DNA of 64,000 nucleotides from the human T2T-CHM13v2.0 reference genome, Homo sapiens, in NCBI RefSeq assembly GCF_009914755.1, contig NC_060933.1. One strand, written 5' to 3'. A program made the translations under genes and the position numbers. The notes under the pieces were generated by a model that saw nothing but the letters and a program-made list of their open reading frames with translations, ran no database searches and was not told where the DNA came from. Shown piece after piece: positions 12,701 to 27,167 of the stretch (within the stretch, counting starts at the first letter, position 1; every line of letters starts with the position of its first letter).

Positions 12701-14009
12701 AAACACCCACACATGGAGGAAGAAATATAAATTAAGGGATTTTAAAAGTACTCTGGAGTTAGAAAGTATATGGCCTTCAATGTATGAATTCACATTCCAT
12801 CAGTCAGAGAGATAAATAGGAAACGTTCCGAAGAGAAACTAGAACAGACAGTAGAGAAAGCATGTCTATTGTTTGAGAGAAGAAATACTTCCTATCCTAT
12901 AGACTATTTCCTCTGGGTCCTGACTAGGGTCAAAATAACGAACACCTCACTGGACAACAGCAGGCTGGGAAATGCATGCTCCAGGCAGCCAGTGAGAGTC
13001 TATTAGCACAAATATTCGTGTAAGACTAGCAATGTCCATGAAGTATAAGTGGGCAACAGCTTAGCACAGCCAGGGCAATGATCGGCAGGATCCCTGAGAG
13101 ACCCTGGGTTGTGGCCAGGCAGCTGGATTGTTCATTACAGGATTTTGAGGCCTAGTATCTATACCTGAGCATACTGAGAGGAACCTGGCTCAGCGTGGGA
13201 GAATGCAGCCCACAGGTGCATTAAAGAGACCACTGTACATTCAATTCAGCAACAGCTGACTTTTCATAGTGAGGCAGGCAAGCCTTGTTCTGTAATGTTT
13301 GGGCACTGAAACAACGCAGAGGAAGTTAGGGTGCCTAGACAGCAAACAGGTGGGGATCCATGGTGGGGGCCAAGAAACAGAGACTGGAACAGAAGTAGGA
13401 GAGAAGGAAAGAGCTCAGGGGATTGGGATGAAGACCTCACCCTTAGGGACACCTTCCCTGCTGGAAGAGTTTACCCCACCCTGAGGAGAAAGAATTAGTG
13501 AGTAATCATAATCACATTTATGTTATACGTATCATTAATTCTTTGTAAGCACAGCCATCGCTTGCTAATTGTTTAAGCAAATCTGTAACAAGTTCCCCAA
13601 TAGTGTTAATTTGGATCTTTCCAAAGAACCAAGATAAAGTACTTCGCATAGTGCCTGGCACATAGGAAGCACTTAACAAATGATCACCATTATCAATATT
13701 GTTATTATGTATAAATATCATCATTATCTCCCAAGAACTGTAAACCAGACATGCAGAATCAGTCCGACTCTACTATCCCAGTACTCTGAAAGGATACCAA
13801 AAGCTGCATAGAAAAATTGCATCTTACAGAAAATCTCCCTGTTAGTATATCCAGATTACAGATTTACGGGTAGGCACATTTTCATCCTTCCTCTCTGTCT
13901 CTTTCTCTATTTATATGTCCAAGTCTAATATCACTATGTTAACTATCACCCAGGAAACAAAATAAAACAAAACTGATAGCAGCAAAATATGAAAGTGTAT
14001 GGTCTAGAA

Positions 14010-14588
<579 letters not shown>

Positions 14589-15272
14589 ACTAGAGGAACA
14601 GCTTGTAAGACCCTGGAAGACCTGCTCCAGCTCATTAACAGTGAAGGGAACAGAAGGTTTTTATCTTTCAGAAAGGTATATAAGGACTTGGGTCACAGGA
14701 AGGATATAGAACCAGAGCCTTCAAGAGAGGACAGCTCATGCATATGGGCATCAACTGATGAAGGTCACAAGGGAAAAGTAAGAGTCAGCTTTTAAAGACA
14801 GAAATGAGTGAGAAAAATCATCTTCCTCCACTTTCGCTGGGTACTTGCATATACAGGCAAAGAGAGACAGACCAAAGCTGGTGTTTAATTGTACGCATTC
14901 GTGGATGAAGACGGAAGAAGTCGAGAATGACAGAAAAGATTTCATTAAAGTTTGCAAGACAAGAGATTAGGGAAAAGTTTACATGTGTTATTCAGGTGGG
15001 GCAAGCTTCCCTAACGGGACATTTGCTCCAATTTGGGTGGCAGGTGAAGACGTAAAGAGAGAGTCTAATATAGAAGTTTTCCATAGGTAAAAGCAAATAG
15101 GGAGTGTTCCAGATGATGACGGCTTTCAGCGTGGGTCATCAATGGAGAAAGGACAGTACGATGTGTGGCAAGGAGAGGTGGAAGCAGGAAAAAATAATAT
15201 ACTGGAGGAAGAACCTATAATCCGTAAGTCATCAATGAGCAATATTCATTCAGAGGAATATAGCTTTCATAC

Positions 15273-15780
15273 TGTAACATACCTATTGCTGCTGCAACAA
15301 ATCACCACAGTTAGTGGCTAAAAACAAGACAAACTTATTATTTTGTCATTCTGGAGGTCAGAACTTCTAAATGGGTTTGCAGTCACTAAAATCAAGGTGT
15401 TGGCAGAGTTGTGGTTCTTTCTGAAGTGTCTAGAAAAGAATTTTTTTTACCTCTTTTTCAGCTTCTAGAGGTTGTCACCATTCCTTGGTTTCTGGCCTCC
15501 TTCCATTTTCAAAGCCAGTGATGTCAGGTTGAGTCTCACACATTGCGTCACTCTGACACAGATTCTTCCACCTCTCTCTTCATGTTAGTATGTAGTATTC
15601 TACATACTAACAATGTAGTTACTCTTGTAACTACATTGGGCACACCTGGATAATCCAGGATAATCTCCCCATTTAAATTCAACCAATTAGCAACCTTAGT
15701 TCCACTTATAACTTAATATATTCACAGGTTCCAGGGATTAAGATGTAGACATTTTAATGCCCATTCTACTGCTTATCACA
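15273..15780 (-). mobile_element. MaLR solo LTR (MLT1D-like)
   Basis: TG...CA ends, 508 bp, perfect 5-bp TSD CATAC at 15268-15272 and 15781-15785, MLT1 motifs (TTCTGGAGGTCAGAA, AAATCAAGGTGTTGGCAG). Confidence 0.88.
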
Positions 15781-17429
15781 CATACATAAGTTATTTTTTT
15801 AAATTATCACATTTGCTTGAGTGAAACCATATGACTTTTTTTTTCTAGTATTGGAGGAAACACATCCAACCCGATTAAGCTATTTGGGACATAGCAATTT
15901 TTTCCTCAATTTTGTTTATGTTCCTCACTAAGGATAGGGTACAGTGGTATATAGGAATCAATTAATCTTTTATGATATATTTGCCACTAGTACATTTGTA
16001 CTTTATTTTTCATTTACAGACTTTTAATTTTACATACAAGTTCCTACCGGTCTGAAAGTGTTTACAGCATGCATTTCAAGGCCTAGGCTGTTGACACCAT
16101 ACATGCATCTAAAAAGTCTATGAGGTTCACAGAGCTGAACGTTGTCAAGGAAGTTGACAAGGAAGTCATTCAGAGAAAGAAGTGGAAACCAAAATTGAGG
16201 AAACCAAAATATACTGAGGGGTAGTAGGGACAGAGCAGTCCTAAGCTCCATATCCAAAAGAATATGTTAAAGTACACACTAAGGAAGAGGATATATCCTG
16301 GTCCTCTGGACAGTTTCATGAGCACCAACCCATGCTACCAGCTGCACCACAAGCAGCCCCAAAGACCTTGGAAAGCCCTCTGTGTCAGCACTTCTCAATG
16401 GTTCCATGAGGATCCATGCTGTGCAGAGGTGGGCAGTCAGAGGCCAAGGTGCTGGCATGTTATCAGATGGCGGAAGTGACCACAGGCAGTGGACACAGCA
16501 GGACACACAAAGCAGACACCACATTGCTAGAAGCATTCCTGCTGACCTGGGAACATGATAATCAGCAACAGATAGTCCACATATGTGAAAATGTTAACCA
16601 GAAAAGACTACTCACTTGAGGGTCATCAGGTACCTTGGAGACCAGTTCTGCCAGCAAATGGTAACTTTAGATAAACAAATGTAGGGGAGAAAATATGTAT
16701 TTGTATATGTATACATTTTGCCAGTTTCTGTGAATGAATCATTTGCTCTAGGAAAGAAGATTTTTAAGCTGTCACAGGCCCAAAGAACAAATGATTATAA
16801 ACTTTTCTGAAATAGTTTCTGTCTTGTGGCTGGAATAAGATATCTCTTTGGGAAGCTACCTTTTAACTTGCTTAAATTCTATACATTATCCTTTCTCTCC
16901 ACTTCACAAGTACTTACAAAACCTTTCATTCATTTCTACTATTTAAGATTTAATTCAAGTCTAGCTATGACTGTCTAGTTAGAACTAATTATGTTTATGC
17001 TTCTTCTCTAATGTTCCCATTTTCTTTTCTAATTGACTTGTTTTCCCACTCTATTTTGTTGTTTGTGTTTTTCAAAGCATTGAATTAGTTTGCCTTTGAT
17101 TACCACTTTGGCTACATACCAAAGAATGCTGTTGGATTCTTTGTAATTCCATGAATCATTTGACTCAACATTCAAAAATTGTTTGCAGAGTATTCTTCCA
17201 GTAGTAGTACAGTATTATCAATGCCTTCATATGTCTTTTTTTATCTGTTTTATCAATTTCAACTTTATCTTTGTATGGTCCAAAAAATGATGATCTAATT
17301 ATATACATTATTACTTGGATTGTCAATGCAGAATTGGTATTTAAAAATCTAATCCAGAGTAGAAGGCAATCAAATACTTATCAGATATTTACATATTTAT
17401 GGAAAGGGGAAGGAGATGGAACTAACAAA

Positions 17430-17630
17430 GATCAGGAACCTACTATGTGCCTGTCTGCCTGCCTATCTACTCTACTTACCTACCCAAATTAATCTTCACA
17501 AAAGCCCTATGAAAAAATGTCCTTATGCTTATTTTGTTGAGGAGAAAACTAAGACTCAAGCAAGGATATTATATATAACTTTCCCAGGGTGCAAAGATAT
17601 TAAATGGGAAATATAGAATTTAAATACAGG
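17430..17630 (-). mobile_element. MIR
   Basis: CCTACTATGTGCC...AATCTTCACAAAAGCCCTATGA...GAGGAGAAAACTAAGACTCA; approximate. Confidence 0.7.
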
Positions 17631-17654
17631 AATGGAGCACCGCATGGGCGGAAC

Positions 17655-17935
17655 AACATAAGAAGTGGAGCCAGCCTGACCTGGGTTTGAATCACAACTC
17701 TACCACTATCCCACGCTTGAGCCCATGAGGTCAAGGCTGCAGTGAGCTGTGATTGTGCCACTGCACTCCAGCTTGGGTGACAGAGCAAGACCCTGTCTCA
17801 AAAAAAAAAAAAAAAAATGTGTGCTCCCAGACAAGTTAAACTCTTTGAGCCTTAGACTTCCCAATATATGAACAGACAGTTCACAACGTGAGGACTGAAT
17901 TTGTTCGTGTTTGCAGAGGGACCTAGAACAGTGCT
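17655..17935 (+). mobile_element. MIR interrupted by an Alu fragment
   Basis: GGAGCCAG...CCTGGGTTTGAATC...CTACCACTA, resuming TGTGTG...CAAGTTA after the A tail. Confidence 0.65.
17714..17817 (+). mobile_element. 5'-truncated AluJ/FRAM right-arm fragment with A tail
   Basis: GCTTGAGCCC...GAGGTCAAGGCTGCAGTGAGC...GCAAGACCCTGTCTC(A)n. Confidence 0.9.
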
Positions 17936-18577
17936 TCTACCGTGTCACATTATCTTTAAAACTCAATTTTCAAATACTATTGATAAAACAGTAAAATTCC
18001 ATTTAATAATAAGGTCATAAGATGGTGATTTTAAAATGAAATAAATGCCTCTAGCTAAGTGGGATTCCAGGAAGCACAGTCTAAGAATGGAAGGGTAAAG
18101 TGGGCTTTGACGTCAGGTTGACACTGTAAACTCAAACTAGGACTGGAGCCGGAAGTCGGTTTATGCACTGATCAAGCCATTTATGATTCAAGCCAGCAAA
18201 TACCATGAGAAGGGCTGGCCTGAGAATGGATGAAGTGCTTGTGTGTGCATGTGTTTGCTGGAATGGGGGTGATTACACAACTGGAAATAGCTGATGAACT
18301 TAGATGAGTTATCAGCATGTAAACCTTGGCCTAACCCGAGTGTTTCTCTCTGTTCTTCAAAGAAGTCAATGAAGAAATAGGCCCTTTAAAGCCCTTTTTA
18401 GAGAATCAGGAAGATTGTTCACACGCAGATTTGGAACTTCCTGACTCAATGCTTCTCTTTTCAGCATTCCATACTTAACTTGAACTTTGCAACATTCTGA
18501 ATTTTACAAATAATATATAGCTCTGCAATTTCCTGTGATTTCAATTCTATTAACCTTACTTAATAAAAGTGATCAGT

Positions 18578-18840
18578 CCGAGGCAGGCGGATCACGTGAG
18601 GTCGGGAGTTTGACACCAGCCTGACCGACATGGAGAAACCCCGTCTCTACTAAAAATACAAATACAAAATTAGCTGGGCGTGGTTGCGCATGCCTATAAT
18701 CCCAGCTACTCGGGAGGCTGAGGCAGGAGAATCGCTTGTACCCGGGAGGCAGAGGCTGTGTCATAGTGAGCCGAGATCACCATTGCACTCCAGCCTGGGC
18801 AACAAGAGCAAAATTCCATCTCAAAGAAAAAAAAAAAAAA
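18578..18840 (+). mobile_element. 5'-truncated AluSp-like element
   Basis: GAGGTCGGGAG, CCTGACC, ATGGAGAAACCCC, AACAAGAGC diagnostics. Confidence 0.92.
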
Positions 18841-21800
18841 CAGAGATAATAAAACTGATTCAAAAAAGGTAGGTAATGGCAGCTATTCTGGATGTTTTTG
18901 ATGGTGAAAAGAAACATCTTGAAATTTCAATATAAGGAGTCCAGAGCATTATTATTTTCCTTAAACGTCTCCCAAACAAGAACCAAATAAATCAAAGCAT
19001 TCTGCATTTAGCACTGATACATGGTTTTGCAAGCGAGGAAAAGGTTGCTGACTTTAATTTCTAGTTTTATAATATTTGCAAGGATTAACAACATTCCATT
19101 TGGTAAAACCTTGTGTTCCTTGGTTACTTTTCTTTGTATGTGTATGTGTACTTTTCTATGTATCTTTAAATAGTTTTTATTGAAACCTGCTAAGAAGGCC
19201 AAGATCTCTGGCAGTTTGCTCCACACGTGGGCAAATCCTGCCCGCAGTGGCTGTTGGTCTTGCTGTTGTGGGCTAGACAGCTATCCTGGCAATGTGTGCT
19301 ACTGGCCAATCTGTAAACAGGGCAGCATGATTCTAACTGTTCCGGCTTTTCTGCCTGCCTTGGGGACATAGCAACAGGTGTACCTAATTGTGTTTAAATG
19401 TCTAAGACACACTTACAAGTGAGTGTGCAGGCGGTGAAGTGTTCAGATTACAATATTGGCCTTAGTTGCCTTTGAAGAGAAAAGTAGCCTCAAAAACAGG
19501 AGCATTTAACACCACCATTAAGGCCAAAGCAAGAGGGGCCTTTGGCCCAAGACCCACACTATGGAGAACTCTGCTTTGTGTTTTCCATTGCCAGTCCCTT
19601 TCCTACAGTGTAAGGAGTCCACAGAGCCAGCTGGATGTGACTTCTTGGAGCCTGTGCTTCCCTCCCTCCTCCCATACCACCTCTTCTTATCTGAGACCCT
19701 AGAATTCCCTGCCCCGTGGCTCTGAGTTCCCTTCCAGGCCCTGGCAGGTCTCTTCTCCAACTCTACCATTCAGAGGCATGAAGAGACAGCCAAAAAGGGG
19801 CAGCTGTTTGCAAAAGGTAGACAAAACTTGAAGACTGGGATGAGGTGTCCACAAATCTGAGCACAAAGCTGTTCATAATATAAGATGGGGAGTGATGAAG
19901 CAGTCTAGGGCCAGAGGCTGGCGACACGGGCTGGCTATGTCTATGTCAATATTTTCTGGTATGGAACTCAGGGGAGACAGAATTTCAAATCCAAACTCAG
20001 CCTTCCAAGTTGTTATCAAGACATATTTGTCAAGGTAGGTGGATAGAACAGATTTTATTTATAGTCTGATTCATAACTTTTAAAATATTTAGACACATGG
20101 TATCCTGGGCCCTGTAAATTGCAGGGTTGGGCCAGGCAGCATATCCTTTATGCAAGTAAAACTATTGGGGAAATAGAACGAACCTTGCTCCTAATTTAAC
20201 ACTGGCTCCCCTTGAAAACACCTATATTATTTAATAGGAAAGCATAGCATTAATTTATTCTATCAGAGGACTATATCTTAATTTTGATTATACCACTTCT
20301 CTTTTCTGGAAATCATTAACTGGAGAGACAATCAGAGTGGCAGCGTAGAAACATGTTCCCTTTGTACTAAGAAAACCTTCACAACAAGCATCAATCAGGT
20401 TTGAAGTGCTTGTATTATCATCACATAAGGCCCATATTCTTGCAGAGAATCTCTAATTTTTATGACATTTTATGGTAGTATATTTTATACAAGGATGGTA
20501 TAAAGAAAGAAAACAATTCCTGTGAGTTTAGGAATTTGCCTATCCCAAACAAGAGTTATTTATTTATCAGGGGGGCCAGCAACCACTATCTTCACCTGTG
20601 GTTGAGAGCAAAACCACCATAAAGACAGTGTCAAAGCCAAGAGCCACTTGGGCTAGGCACAGGATGACAGAGTGTGGCAAAGTGGCCAGTAGGTGGCACC
20701 GTCATGCTTACTCTATGCCAGGGAATCTTTTTCTCTGGTTGGGTCTGCCCAAATAGCTGCAGTGCTACCTGACAAACTCTTTACTAAACAAATAACTTAG
20801 CGGTGGACTTTGCTGAAGAGGACTGTGTGCTGAGATTTCTTTCCTGATGTCTACAGTGACCATTTTAGTCCTTGAAATATTTTAAAAAGTCTTCAACTTC
20901 TATTTTGGTTTATTTCCCCACTTCTAAGCTCTTTAGGGAAATTGCTGTCGTAAGCACCCACAAAAGTCCAACTTCATAGTATTTCTCTGAAATAGTATTG
21001 ACAGGCACTTTCTAAGGAGAAGGTACACTTTTTGGTCTAGGAGTTTTTTGTTTTTTTTTTTTTGCCCAGAGTAAAGAAATCTAATGTATCAATCATGAAA
21101 TCCAAGAAGACGTCCTATCAATTGGTAGTCTGTCCTTTGTACTTCCTTCCTTGAGTATTTTTAGGGTACCTATTGCATGATTATGTTTAGATCACAGTTA
21201 TAAGCAAATTTTCTCCATTCCCTGAAGAGGATGAGAGGAGAGGTTATAGCCCAGAGCCAGCAGGGAAGAAAGCCACGCATAGGAAGCTAATGAGCAGGGA
21301 TCCCAGAGAGAAAGAACCGCAGCCCTGGGCTGCTGAGTCAACAGATTCCTTTCTCAAATCCAAGAAGAGAAATGAACAGAATGACAAACCAGGAACAAGG
21401 AAGAAAAAATGGGACACGGAGCCAATTCTCTGGAACTTTGGGGTCACTTCTATAATTTATTTTCAAGTTGTCAGAAATTGTGCTAATGTAGATGAGCAGA
21501 TTTACAACTAAAACCAAACTACGACTTCTTTAAAAAAATGTTTGATTTAGGTCTGGTCTCAGGATGGGTGTACAGGAGCTGTAGGGTGTAATTTGTTCTT
21601 TTCCGGCAGATTTAGTTTTCCAAATGCAATTTGCTTAGACTAATATTCCATTTAGTTTTCATATTCTAAACATCTACTAACAAAAAGTGCAAGGGGAAAA
21701 GATGGCAAGCGTATTAAGAGGCATCCTGTAAGGCAGAGGAAAAAAAACTCTGAAACAAAGTAATAAAAACTTTTAAGCTAGGCACCTGGCTTGTGATTGT

Positions 21801-23689
21801 CAGAGAGAAAATGTGTGTCTATGTGTTTGTGTGTTTGGGGGAGTTGCACATAATCCCTATTTTGAAACTATAATAATTTATATGGTGAAAAACTGAAAGA
21901 TAGATTAAGCCCATCCCATTTGACTATTTGAAGTGAGGCAGTCCTACTTTCTAAAGTTAGTTCTACCACTTGCTAGTTTTGATTTGGGGCAACTTTCAAT
22001 TTCTCTTTTCCTCACTGGTGAAATAGGGATACTGAGACATCTTTTGCAAGGTTTCAATCAATATCAAATAAGAATGTAAGACATCTAGAATAGGGATTGG
22101 CACAAGGCCTGCCCTCAATTGGAAAAATACTAATATAGTAAATAATAAGCTTCACTATAAATAACAATCAACAGTATAATTTTTGACAAGTATTCCTTAC
22201 ATTTTCTAAGCCACTACTGTTCCATGATTGTTTTTTTTTTTCCTGCAAACTATCTCGACTTGTGATAATATTCTTTGCTTTTAAAATACTGTTGTAACAA
22301 GTCTATTGTTCAACAGGCACATTTAAAGTGTATTCCCTAGTCACACTAGCACAATGCTTGCTAAAATTTGTTTTTCTTTGGTTTGATTTTACTTTAAGCA
22401 CCAATATTTGTTTACTATGAATGTAATTCTACTTCCACCAAATGGAATTCTTTCACTGAGCTTTTATCCCAAAAGCTTACATGTTCAATTATTATTGCTC
22501 TTCTTCAGTTTCTAGGTTTTGAAGATTTTTTTCCTTCCAAAAAAATTAACTGAGTATATCAATTTTGATGAATCCAAGACATTTTTCTTTTGATGTTAAA
22601 TTGTTACAGGTTAAATTTTTCTCTATTACTGAAATATTATCTTTTCTATATTGATATTCGCAATTGAACACTTAAAGACTCTACTGGTTTCTCTTTATTT
22701 GAAAATGGCTAAAGAGGTGGCTTAGATATAATATTAAGTATAATTAAATTATGATTAAAAGAATTGATATATTTAATAGATTATTAAAAGGTTTGTAACA
22801 AAATCATTTTATGAAGCAATCAAAATTTCAAAGATTCAGTGAATATATTAATGGACTATGTATGTTTTAAAGAGATAAAGCAGAAAGATTCTAAACAGCC
22901 ATAACATTTGAATAAAAGGACATTTTTCTGCTCAATTTGTCTGGTCAGAGTTGTATGGAAAGCTTTATGATTTTTAAAATTGTTTATTTAACAGGTATGT
23001 AAACAGATGCAACTCATTTATTTTATTTTATTCTTACTCTTAAAATTTCACCACTGCCAGAAAGCTTGTGGACAAATTTATAATATTTAAATGAAAATTT
23101 AAAAATTATATAAATTTTAGCAATAAATAAATTGTTTCCTTTTTATCATTTAGGCAAAAAAAAAAAAAACTCTAGAATTGCATATGCTTTAAATAATTTA
23201 CTAGGCAGTATTAATGTAGTAGCATACTGACATTTACAGGAAAACTTCTTGGGACTGTGAAGCTGTTTCCAGCTTAGGGGAGTCCATTGTATAGCAGTCT
23301 TTATTTCAAAACACCAACAACATTTATAACATTGAAATGACAGCATTAAAGTCAATTTAAAAGTAATAGTTTGTATGCTTGTATATATCTTGTTTATATG
23401 TAAAACGGGTTGTTCTTTCCTGCCTGCCTGCTCAAATAATGTAAGTAATGTTAATTTTAAAACTCAGTAAAACTGAGTTCACATTATTGAAAAGATACAT
23501 TCATTGTTCTTAAGTCACTTTAAAAGGAAAGTCTTTTTGCTTGCTTATGAAACTATTTAACTGACACCTTTTCCAAAGCAAGCACCTGTAAAGGCAAAAC
23601 AAATACCCAGCAAAGTTTGTGACTATTTTGCAGGTTTGCCCTTGAAATTGTTCCTACTCCAATCCTACTCCAATCTGTAGCAGGTCATA

Positions 23690-24262
23690 AGCATGGCAGA
23701 TTAACAGCAAGGACTTTGGTGCCAGACTGCGTGGTTTCAGAACCTGATTTCACAATTTAGTGGTTGTGTGACCTTGGGCAAGTTACTTTTTGGTTCTGTG
23801 TCTCATTTCTTCTTCTTTTTTTCTATTTTTATTATTTTTTTTTTTTTGAGATGGAGTCCCGCTTTGTCGCCCAGGCTGGAGTGCAGTGGCGTGACCTTGT
23901 CTCACTGCAACCTCCACCTCCTGGGTTCAAGCAATTCTCCTGGTCTCAGCCTCCCGAGTAGCTGGGACTACAGGCACATGCCACCACGCCCGCCTAATTT
24001 TTTTTGCATTTTTAGTAGAGACAGGGTTTCACCATATTGGTTAGGCTGGTCTCAAACTCCTGACCTCAGGTGATCCACCCGCCTTGTCCTCCCAAAGTGC
24101 TGGGATTACAGGTGTGAGCCACCAAGCCCGGCCTCTTATTTCATCATTTGTAACACAGGTGTAATAATAGTATCCACTTATAGATCTGTGGTGAGTTATT
24201 AACATATATATATGGCACTTCGAACTGTACCTGGCACACAACTGCTATGTAGGTGTTAGCTT
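23690..24262 (+). mobile_element. MIR interrupted by an Alu
   Basis: GCCAGACTGC...TGTGTGACCTTGGGCAAGTTACTT before the Alu; ATAATAGTATCCACTTATAG...CCTGGCACA after. Confidence 0.8.
23833..24133 (-). mobile_element. Full-length AluSx-like element
   Basis: Poly-T followed by complete reverse Alu ending CCCGGCC. Confidence 0.95.
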
Positions 24263-24389
24263 CACTTGAAATTTTGACTTTTTATCCTAGTTCAATTTTT
24301 CCTCTTGTCTGTTGCATTTGACAGTGTTTATTTGGTCTCCCTGGTGCTTGAACGTTAGGTTTCTCAGGAAAACTTCCCCTTGGCTGTGC

Positions 24390-25490
24390 TCTCTCCCACC
24401 TCTGTCAGGGCCTGTGCACATTCCCCTGTGCCTGGGGTGTTTTTCACCCCTTACCTTCAGATTCTCTCTTCACAGAGTTAACATCTTTTGTCCTTTAGTT
24501 CTTACCTCAAACATCACTTCCTTGGGAAAGACTTCCCTGGTCCTCCCAGGCTAGATTTAGGGCCTCAAGCTTTAAGCATTCTTATATCCCTTTAATTTTC
24601 CTTCAAAGCACTTAACAAAGTTTGTAGCTATAGTTATGTGACTATGTAAATATGTATCCCCCACTTGAAATCTAAGCTCCTCGAAGGCTGGGTAAAAATC
24701 CATTTTTTTCATCATTATATTCCAATCATGATAGCTTTGGCATAGAGTATCTGCACAATAAAAACTTGTTAATAAATGATAAATCAATTTCGGAGATCAG
24801 AAGTCTAGAGTTCAACACAAGTCAACATGATTTGCCCAAGATTATACTAATAGCCATGACAGAGCTAGAAGTAGAATTCACTTCTGACTCAAAGTCCTTT
24901 ATTGTTTCCAGGTATTACATCTTTGACTATACAAATCAAACAGAGAACTGTGCAATTAGTATTGTGGAGCTTCTAGAATGACAAGTAAAAGTACATATCA
25001 GAAAGACTTGAACTATTTAAGGTATTCTGGAGTAACTGAGTCTCCCTGAGAAACTGATTTTTACAACATGAAGTAGGAGTTAGAATGGGCATGGGGAGAT
25101 GGGCAGAGGCTTCCAGGTAGAAAGAACCATTTATGCAGTAGTCCAAGGATGAGAAAACCTTAGTGAATGAGAACAGAGAAAAGGCCACTGTGATTGCAAC
25201 AGAAAGAGTAGGAAGTGGGAGGCTGATGTTGATCAGAGGGGCAGGGCCAGATCATGCAAGAGCTCATGTTAGTAACACAAGGGAAAGTCACTGAAGGGTT
25301 TCAAGTGGGGGATGACACAGTCAGCTTTGCATTTTCACAAGACGATACTGACTGCACTCTGAGGGATTTGAGAAACAGAACTTGGTAATTGGTTGTAGAT
25401 GGGAGTCAAGATAGAAGGACATAAAAAAAGAAGGCTCACGTGTCTGGTATAATCAACTGGGAGGATCGTGGCGCCATTTACTGAGAAAGA
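24390..25490. mobile_element. Cluster of degraded L2 and MIR fragments
   Basis: L2-like CTCAAACATCACTTCCTTGGGAAAGACTTCCCTG and GGGAAAGTCACTGAAGGGTTTCAAG; MIR-like TTGCCCAAGATTATACTAATAG; boundaries approximate. Confidence 0.6.
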
Positions 25491-26880
25491 GCCATTAGTA
25501 GATACAGCAAGACTATTATCTTCATTAAGTATATAATATGCTCTCAGTAAATAGTGACAATTGTTATTGTCTTTGTGGTTGCTATTATTACTCATTATTC
25601 CAAACCATTTGCTGTGACTGGGAGTTATGGTGATTTGTATGGATTTCAATGGATTTTGGCCTGATGTGTTACTCCCACTATGTACACAGGCACGTCTGGA
25701 TTTGGTGATTGGAAAAGGAAGTCACCCAAGGGACCAAGAGAAGGTAGGCTTAGGATAATGTGAGGAGAACATGAGAAAACAAACTTTTTATTTTTTGAAT
25801 TTCCTTCTCCTTTTCCCCAAATCAAGAAATTTTAGATATGATAGTATGACCATGGCCAATAGATCTATGAGAGCAAACAGGTGTATGAGGCATCAGTGTT
25901 GTATGAGGAGATCAAACCTATAAAATTAGTCTGAATTTGCCTTTTGGGGTAAATAATGGATGAGCATAGGCAGGTCAAAGGGCTTTCCTATAAACTGAGT
26001 AAGCAAAGAAATCAAGAAGTATGATTAGATCTTTGACCATTTTTTAAATTTAGATTTTACGTATATATCTTTGCCTCATGTAAAATCTGTCATATTCATT
26101 TAGATCGTTTACATGTAGTAAAAAAAAAAAGAATAACTATTAGAATGGAGTTGGCACTATAGATTATGTAGCCCATTTTAATTCTGGTGCCGCCTGTGCA
26201 AGCATACCAGGAGGTTGCTAAGCCTTCACACTGTGTGACTGGCTCACATCCACTGCCTTTGTTCCCTAGAGATGCAAGGAAAGCAAAGGCCATGCATCAA
26301 GATTAGCCACATGGTGTTCATGAGAATCCCCGCCATCATTATCCTATTTATCTTGTTAAAGAAGTCCTTGAGCATATGAGGTAGTGGCAAATGTGTTAAG
26401 TATACTAAAAGGCAAGGTCCATTTCTGAAGTCTTGAACCCTGAGTTAAGAAATTTTAGAGTACTGAGTCCACGTGCTACCTGGGCATTTTCCAACAAGGC
26501 ATCTATAAAACAAGTAAAGAAAGAGGCAATGAGGGGAAGTCAAATATAAGAAAAGTCCAGATTGTTTTGGTCACATGAGGTCCTGCTTACAATGAAAAGC
26601 CACAGTGATTCCTGCTTAATCTCACACATATATTTGGCATCATTTAAGCTTTATCATCAACAGGGAACATCATACAAAGACATTTAGATGGATATACAGC
26701 AAGGGGTTTTAAAGAAGTGGAAAAGATGAATATTTCAACTGACCTTCTAGGCAAGTTTGACATGCATTTTATTTATACTAGAATATTAGGGAGGTCCTTG
26801 AAGTATTTTAATGTATTTTTATTTATACCTTATTATATTAAACTAGGAAAAGCATTGAATAATATCTGTTTTCACTCTTT

Positions 26881-26886
26881 TTTATT
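26881..26886 (-). terminator. Candidate poly(A) signal for the exon-15 read-through isoform
   Basis: AATAAA on minus strand; other candidates at 27348-27353, 26818-26823 and 26768-26773. Confidence 0.45.
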
Positions 26887-27167
26887 TATATAAGCACATA
26901 CACATAGCTTAAAAGTGAACATGTCTTTTTTACCGCCTTGGGTAATTTGTCACATTTAATAATCTGGTATGATTCGACAAGGTATAAACTACCCCCGCCT
27001 CCTGCATTCAATATAACAAAATAAGCCAGTGCTGAACCATCTGAGCATTTGCATCTATTCCTCATTATATTAACCAGCCCTTGTTTATATTCAGAGTTTA
27101 AGCTTTTTGATAAGCCATTTTGATGACTATTCAGAAATTCTGAAGAAGAGAATTTTCCCCCTTACAT

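Noticed and set aside
23764-24241. ORFs up to 101 aa (also those at 14090, 18573, 31214, 31687, 34387, 35754 and 53456)
   Set aside because: Typical Alu-derived pseudo-ORFs
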